Shown here piece by piece: positions 59,422 to 64,000 of a stretch of 64,000 nt of DNA. Within the stretch, counting starts at the first letter, position 1; each line of letters opens with the position of its first letter. The stretch lies in the NCBI GenBank assembly GCA_050253415.1, contig JBFWJC010000001.1, positions 544,001 through 608,000 on the forward strand, in the 5' to 3' direction. This DNA is from Pedobacter sp. GTDB lineage: Bacteria > Desulfobacterota > Desulfuromonadia > Desulfuromonadales > Syntrophotaleaceae. A program made the translations under genes and the position numbers. Below the pieces are notes generated by a model. It was not told where the DNA came from and did no database searches. It saw nothing but the letters and a program-made list of their open reading frames with translations.

Positions 59422-60876
59422 ATGAAGAAACGAATGCGATTTTCGGCGCTGATGGCCATCCTTGCCGCCGGGTTTTTGGGCAGCGCAGCTTGTGTCTGCG
59501 CGCAAACGACCGAACTGCGCAGTTCCCTTGACGATCAGCAGCAGGTCGCGGTGACCATCTATAACAGCAACCTGGCGCTGGTCAAGGATCTGCGCCGGGT
59601 AAATTTGCCGGCTGGTGAAAGTTTGCTGGCGTTACGCGAAGTTGCTGCCGGCATGCAACCGGAAACAGCCCTGCTGCGTAGCCTCAAAAATGCGGCGGAA
59701 TTCCGGGTCGTGGAGCAAAGTTTCGATTTCGATCTGCTCACCCCTGGTAAGTTGCTGGAAAAATACGTCGGGCGTACGGTACAGGTGGTACGGGTGCACC
59801 CCCAGACCGGCGCTGAAAGTTTTGAATCTGCCCAGGTTCTGGCCGCTAACGGCGGCGTAGTACTGCGCATGGGGGATCATATCGAAACCGGCATCCCGGG
59901 ACGCCTGGTTTATCCCGACGTGCCGGGAAACCTGCGCGATCGTCCAACCCTGGTGGTGCAGGTGGAAACCGATAAGGCCGGAGTCCGCGATCTGGAATTA
60001 AGCTATCTTACCAGTGGCCTGTCCTGGCAGGCTGATTATGTGGCTGAACTCGATAAGCAGGATGCGCACCTTGATCTTTCCGGTTGGGTGACCTTGAACA
60101 ACCAGAGCGGTGCCAGCTACGAGCAGGCGCGCCTGCAGTTGGTGGCCGGCGATGTGCATCGCGTTGGGCGGCAGGATCTGGACATGCGGGGTTTCGAGGA
60201 GCGTGCCATGAAGGTTATGGCCGCCGCACCCGCCATGGCCGAGGAGAGCCTGCTCGATTATCACCTCTATACCCTCGACCGGCCCACGACCATTCGTGAA
60301 AATCAGGTCAAGCAGGTTGCGCTGCTGAGTGGGGCGGGGGTCCCCGTGAATAAAGAGTATCTGCTGCGCGGTAGCGACTATTACTATAGGGGCCGCCATA
60401 ATGATCTCGGCAAAAAGCTCAAGGTGGCGGTATATCTCGAATTTGCCAACAGTACCAAATCCGGACTGGGCATGCCGCTGCCCAAGGGTATTCTGCGGGT
60501 TTATAAAAAGGACAGCGGCGGCAATGCCCAGTTTGTCGGTGAAGATCGCATCGATCACACTCCCAAGAACGAAAATGTTCGCCTGCGACTCGGCGATGCC
60601 TTTGATGTGACAGCGGATCGCATACAAACCGATTATAAAAAAATCGCCGGCGGGCCGCAGGAAACCGTGATCGAAACCGCCTATCGGCTGGAACTGAAAA
60701 ACGCCGGGAGCGAGCCGGTCACGGTCAAGGTCGAGGAGCCGATGCCGGGCGACTGGCAGATCCTCCAGACAAGCCATCCCCACACTAAAAAAGATGCCCA
60801 TACGGCCGCCTGGCAGATTGCCATCCCGGCCGAAGGCAAGACGATGCTGACTTACCGGGTGCGGGTACGTTATTGA
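59422..60876 (+). CDS. DUF4139/DUF4140 domain exported protein
   Basis: VAVTIYNSNLALVKD, FDLL, SYLTSGLSWQADY, YHLY, GMPLPKG, IDHTP. Confidence 0.9.
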   Translation: MKKRMRFSALMAILAAGFLGSAACVCAQTTELRSSLDDQQQVAVTIYNSNLALVKDLRRVNLPAGESLLALREVAAGMQPETALLRSLKNAAEFRVVEQSFDFDLLTPGKLLEKYVGRTVQVVRVHPQTGAESFESAQVLAANGGVVLRMGDHIETGIPGRLVYPDVPGNLRDRPTLVVQVETDKAGVRDLELSYLTSGLSWQADYVAELDKQDAHLDLSGWVTLNNQSGASYEQARLQLVAGDVHRVGRQDLDMRGFEERAMKVMAAAPAMAEESLLDYHLYTLDRPTTIRENQVKQVALLSGAGVPVNKEYLLRGSDYYYRGRHNDLGKKLKVAVYLEFANSTKSGLGMPLPKGILRVYKKDSGGNAQFVGEDRIDHTPKNENVRLRLGDAFDVTADRIQTDYKKIAGGPQETVIETAYRLELKNAGSEPVTVKVEEPMPGDWQILQTSHPHTKKDAHTAAWQIAIPAEGKTMLTYRVRVRY

Positions 60877-60898
60877 TCTGACGTTGGTTCGTGTTTTT

Positions 60899-60968
60899 AC
60901 CACGAAGTTCACGAAGAGCACGAAGGGGGGAAGGGCAAAAGGCCACTAGCTTCGTGCTCTTCGTGGTG
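60899..60968. repeat. Palindromic element with 9-nt periodic arms
   Basis: ACCACGAAG-TTCACGAAG-AGCACGAAG ... CTTCGTGCT-CTTCGTGGT. Confidence 0.75.
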
Positions 60969-61071
60969 ATTTTTTATTCGGATTCAACGGTTGGATTTTG
61001 AGCTGTGTCGTTGCGGTGTTGCATCAACCATACTTCTATCTGTCTTCCTTCCTGAACAACAATATCCGCAG

Positions 61072-61701
61072 TCAATCTTCTTTTTCCTGTGCGCTCAGAG
61101 ACAGGGCGATCAAGTGTCGCAGCTGTTTTGCATCGGCCCGCTGCATGGCCTTGCCGGTGATACTGCTGCGGGGAACGTTTTGTCTTTCTCTGGGTGGGTA
61201 GATGGATAGCTCAAGTTCGATGCCGTTTTCTTCCAGGTATAGGTGGGGATAGTCGTGAAACCGGCCGCCTTTGTGGATAGTGACGATTTCAGAGGTAAAG
61301 TCCAGATGCCGGTCGGCCAGGAAATACTCCACTTCTTCCGGATCATCGGCGAACAGGTGCAGGTCGATGTCGCTGCGTTGGGTGACGCAGCCCGAAAGCA
61401 CCGAGCCGATCAGATAGGGACGAAACGGGGCCAATAATTCCATGTACTTGAGCGCCAGAACCCGCATTTGCAGCAGCCGCTCCGGTAGTACCTCGGGTTC
61501 GTGCAGGTTGATCAGGCGTTGCAGTTCGGCGTGGATTTCGCTGTTGGAGGGTAGATGGTGCCCGAGACACAGGCGCTTTTCCAGACCGAAGGCACGCGCC
61601 GCCTTGCGCTTGGCGGTCATGTATTCCTTGATCTGCTCCTCGTACATGAGGCGGGCGGCTTCCCGGGCAATGAGATAACGCAAACGGTCTCGGCGGGTCA
61701 T
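61072..61701 (-). CDS. Nucleotidyltransferase-domain protein (Pol-beta superfamily)
   Basis: IAREAARLM...AKRKAA...LPSN.EI; GSVLSG...SDIDLHLF. Confidence 0.82.
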   Translation of the reverse strand: MTRRDRLRYLIAREAARLMYEEQIKEYMTAKRKAARAFGLEKRLCLGHHLPSNSEIHAELQRLINLHEPEVLPERLLQMRVLALKYMELLAPFRPYLIGSVLSGCVTQRSDIDLHLFADDPEEVEYFLADRHLDFTSEIVTIHKGGRFHDYPHLYLEENGIELELSIYPPRERQNVPRSSITGKAMQRADAKQLRHLIALSLSAQEKED

Positions 61702-61744
61702 ATTTCGAGTATAGCAGGTCGTTGCCGTTACCGGTTCTCGCAAG

Positions 61745-62599
61745 CTATGCCGTTGGGGAGCCTTCGCGCACCTCCAATTGACCTTTAGCAAGCAGCCAGA
61801 CAATGATCTCACGGGGGACGGGATCGAGCTCCAGTGCTTCTTCGACGGACATCTCCCCGCGTTGCAGTTTTTCAAGCAGATGATTCTGGTACCGGCTATG
61901 GGTACGTCGCTGGTAGTAGTCGCGGTAGACCAGAGAAGCTCCGAGCACCGCGATGATGCCCATCATCATCCAGAACACGCCATGACTGATCTCAACGTGG
62001 AAACCGTCCAGAAACAGCTTGGTGCCGATAAAAAAGATCAGCTGGTAGGCCAGATCTTCCAGGCGTGGCAAACGTTCCAACAGTTGGACGAAAAAACTGG
62101 CGGCGAAGCGCAGGAAGATGATCCCCAAAATGCCTCCCACCCAGACCACCAGCAATTTGTCGGTCATGGCGACGGCGGTGGTAATGCTGTCGATGGAAAA
62201 GGCGATGTCGGTTAATTCCACCATCAGCACCGTTGTCCAGAATCCGGCGGCCTGCTTGTCACGCAGTTGGTGAGCGTCTTCCTTGTAAAAGAAGAACATG
62301 TGTTTCATGGCCAGATAGACCAGATAGCCGCCACCGATGAGTTTGAACAATCCGAAGCGCATCAGATGCGCGGCAAATACCAGGGCGATAAAACGGAACA
62401 CAAAGGCACCGACGATACCGTAGGTCAGAGCCTTTTTTTGCTGTTTACGGGGTAGCTTACGCACCAGGATGGCCAGTACCAGGGCGTTGTCCACCGACAG
62501 AATCCCCTCCAGGATGGCGAGGGTGCCGATGGTCAACAGGTCAAAGGCATGGAAATTGACGATTTCCTGGACAAGTTGGGAAAACAATGTGGTGTCCAT
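61745..62599 (-). CDS. TerC family membrane protein
   Basis: LEGILSVDNA, YGIVGAFVFR, DIAFSIDSI, GGILGI, FIGTKL. Confidence 0.93.
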   Translation of the reverse strand: MDTTLFSQLVQEIVNFHAFDLLTIGTLAILEGILSVDNALVLAILVRKLPRKQQKKALTYGIVGAFVFRFIALVFAAHLMRFGLFKLIGGGYLVYLAMKHMFFFYKEDAHQLRDKQAAGFWTTVLMVELTDIAFSIDSITTAVAMTDKLLVVWVGGILGIIFLRFAASFFVQLLERLPRLEDLAYQLIFFIGTKLFLDGFHVEISHGVFWMMMGIIAVLGASLVYRDYYQRRTHSRYQNHLLEKLQRGEMSVEEALELDPVPREIIVWLLAKGQLEVREGSPTA

Positions 62600-62807
62600 G
62601 ATTTTTCCGTTGCTCGATGGGATAGATTCAAAAGAGGAGAAATGCCGACACCGCGTTCAACCCTACCTTGGATGCCTGTCAGGTAAGTATGGTTGATCGA
62701 CAGGTTGATAACCAATGCCCGGCACTTTGCCAGCAATGCACGCTGGACTCTGTGCCGGGCTTATCTGGATTGCAAGGAATGTCCTGTTCGATAATGATGA
62801 TGGGGCA

Positions 62808-63074
62808 TCAGCGATGTCTGGTCTGCCGTGAGGTTGCATTTATCCTGTCGATATCAGCCTGGACCTGTTTGATGCCGCTCTCGTATACGATTTCCCGCCC
62901 CATCACCGACCCTGCGTAGGCCTTTCCGTTTCGAGTCGGGGTCAGTTCGCATATGACGCTGTGATCCCCTTCCCCGAGTACCACCCGGATCCGTTCGGCG
63001 CGCTTATTGAGAACCTCAACATCCAGGGTTTTACCACTTTCGGTGACACGTACCTCGATCTTCTCTGTGGACAT
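62808..63074 (-). CDS. Hypothetical protein
   Basis: 88-aa ORF from MSTEKIEV with GGAG upstream. Confidence 0.65.
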   Translation of the reverse strand: MSTEKIEVRVTESGKTLDVEVLNKRAERIRVVLGEGDHSVICELTPTRNGKAYAGSVMGREIVYESGIKQVQADIDRINATSRQTRHR

Positions 63075-63326
63075 AAAATGATTAACTCCGCATGATTGGG
63101 ATCTGAAAGTGCACCAACCGCGATGCAATGGAATGCAAATTACTTAGGAGGCCGTAGTCTCGAAATGTTGACGGTCGCACCCTAGTAGACCATGAATGAT
63201 CCAGACTTGCAACGGGATGAATTAAAAGCAGCAGTGTGTCAACGATGGCAACCGTTTGGCGACAATGGTGCATCTTCGGATTTTCAGGTTTCAAAAGAGG
63301 CTAGTACCCTCGCGCACCTTGTACGT

Positions 63327-63569
63327 CTACCTGAACAGGGAATCCCTTTTAATTTGATCCATGCGGATATCATATTCAGGTTTGGCAATTTTGCCATCCT
63401 TGTAATCTTGCTCGACTTTGTCCTCTTGCCGCTTCAAATGATACTCATAGCCTCCAGCGCCGGCGGCGGCACCTCCCATAGCACCCAAGCCTGCGCTGCC
63501 GACATTGCTGCTGCATCCGGTCAGTAAAAACGTCGCCAGAAAAATCATCAGAATTCCGGTTCTTTTCAT
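63327..63569 (-). CDS. Small lipoprotein with glycine-zipper-like segment
   Basis: GGAGG RBS, lipobox LTGC, GLGAMGGAAAGAGG. Confidence 0.8.
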   Translation of the reverse strand: MKRTGILMIFLATFLLTGCSSNVGSAGLGAMGGAAAGAGGYEYHLKRQEDKVEQDYKDGKIAKPEYDIRMDQIKRDSLFR

Positions 63570-64000
63570 AACGCACCTCCGAATCTTGGGTTTTTGTGTC
63601 TTGCATGCAGGGCCCCTTAAATTAAGCCAGGATCACGGGTGTCGAAATACGACCTGATAAGGAGTTTGCATGGCGTATAAAAAAAGCATATTGGATCACC
63701 GGAGAATATCAAGATAAACAACGCAAGCCAGCCAACATCTTCCTTGTCCTGCTCGGGATTCGACTGACGTATATTGCAAGGTATCGGGGAGCTTTATCGG
63801 AGGGCATGCGAAGGAGAGAAAGGCGGCTGACTCATTGCGCATGGGGACGTGTCATGGCCCCATGCACTCAACAAGAGACCGAGATGGTTCGGGCGTGATA
63901 CTTCACCCTTTTTTGCAATGGAGGGTCAAGGTTTCTTGAATTGCCGCAATAGTACGATTTCTTACGGACCACGCTCGGCGAGCCAGATAGTATGGAGGTC

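Noticed and set aside
62600..62760. yybP-ykoY (Mn) riboswitch upstream of terC
   Set aside because: Expected from context, but the GGGGAGUA and GAGAC consensus elements were not found
63570..64000. ncRNA or gene at the window end
   Set aside because: Only a short hairpin (GCATGGGG...CCCCATGC); no ORF or RNA family recognisable
1..64000. CRISPR array, tRNA or rRNA genes
   Set aside because: No regularly spaced repeats or tRNA/rRNA signatures seen by eye; not confirmed computationally

Overview
A 64 kb bacterial chromosomal window. Gene content (hcp, rubrerythrin, rubredoxin, flavodiiron protein, DUF3124, DUF4139) suggests an anaerobic Desulfuromonadia/Pelobacter-like organism; this is inference. 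About 1.8-16.8 kb is an AT-richer accessory island on the minus strand: a two-partner secretion/CDI-like locus (tpsB/cdiB, then a 2223-aa tpsA/cdiA). The toxin tip looks like an alpha/beta-hydrolase (lipase). It is followed by seven lipoprotein immunity candidates (including two paralogous pairs and a Sel1-repeat protein), an orphan lipase-type toxin tip, a toxin-tail stub, and a duplicated pre-toxin segment ending in an 'LDHRxxSEEGR' boundary motif that runs into transposase debris. Left of the island are a PAS-LytTR regulator, a matching direct-repeat site, and an M24-family gene interrupted by one in-frame TAG. The rest is mostly core-like: methyltransferase, CBS/hemolysin protein, ppiC, M48 peptidase, a 5'-3' exonuclease-RNase HI fusion with a clamp-binding-like tail, dbpA, an atypical pstSCAB-like operon, SLC12-type and AEC transporters, PIN-PhoH, HNH nuclease, a double-domain CDP-alcohol phosphotransferase, SPOR-NlpC/P60, an hcp/perR-rbr-rub-fprA stress cluster, ClC, uvrD/pcrA, pgaABCD, DUF4139 and terC. 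I saw no rRNA, tRNA or CRISPR array. All family calls come from motif recognition by eye, not database searches.
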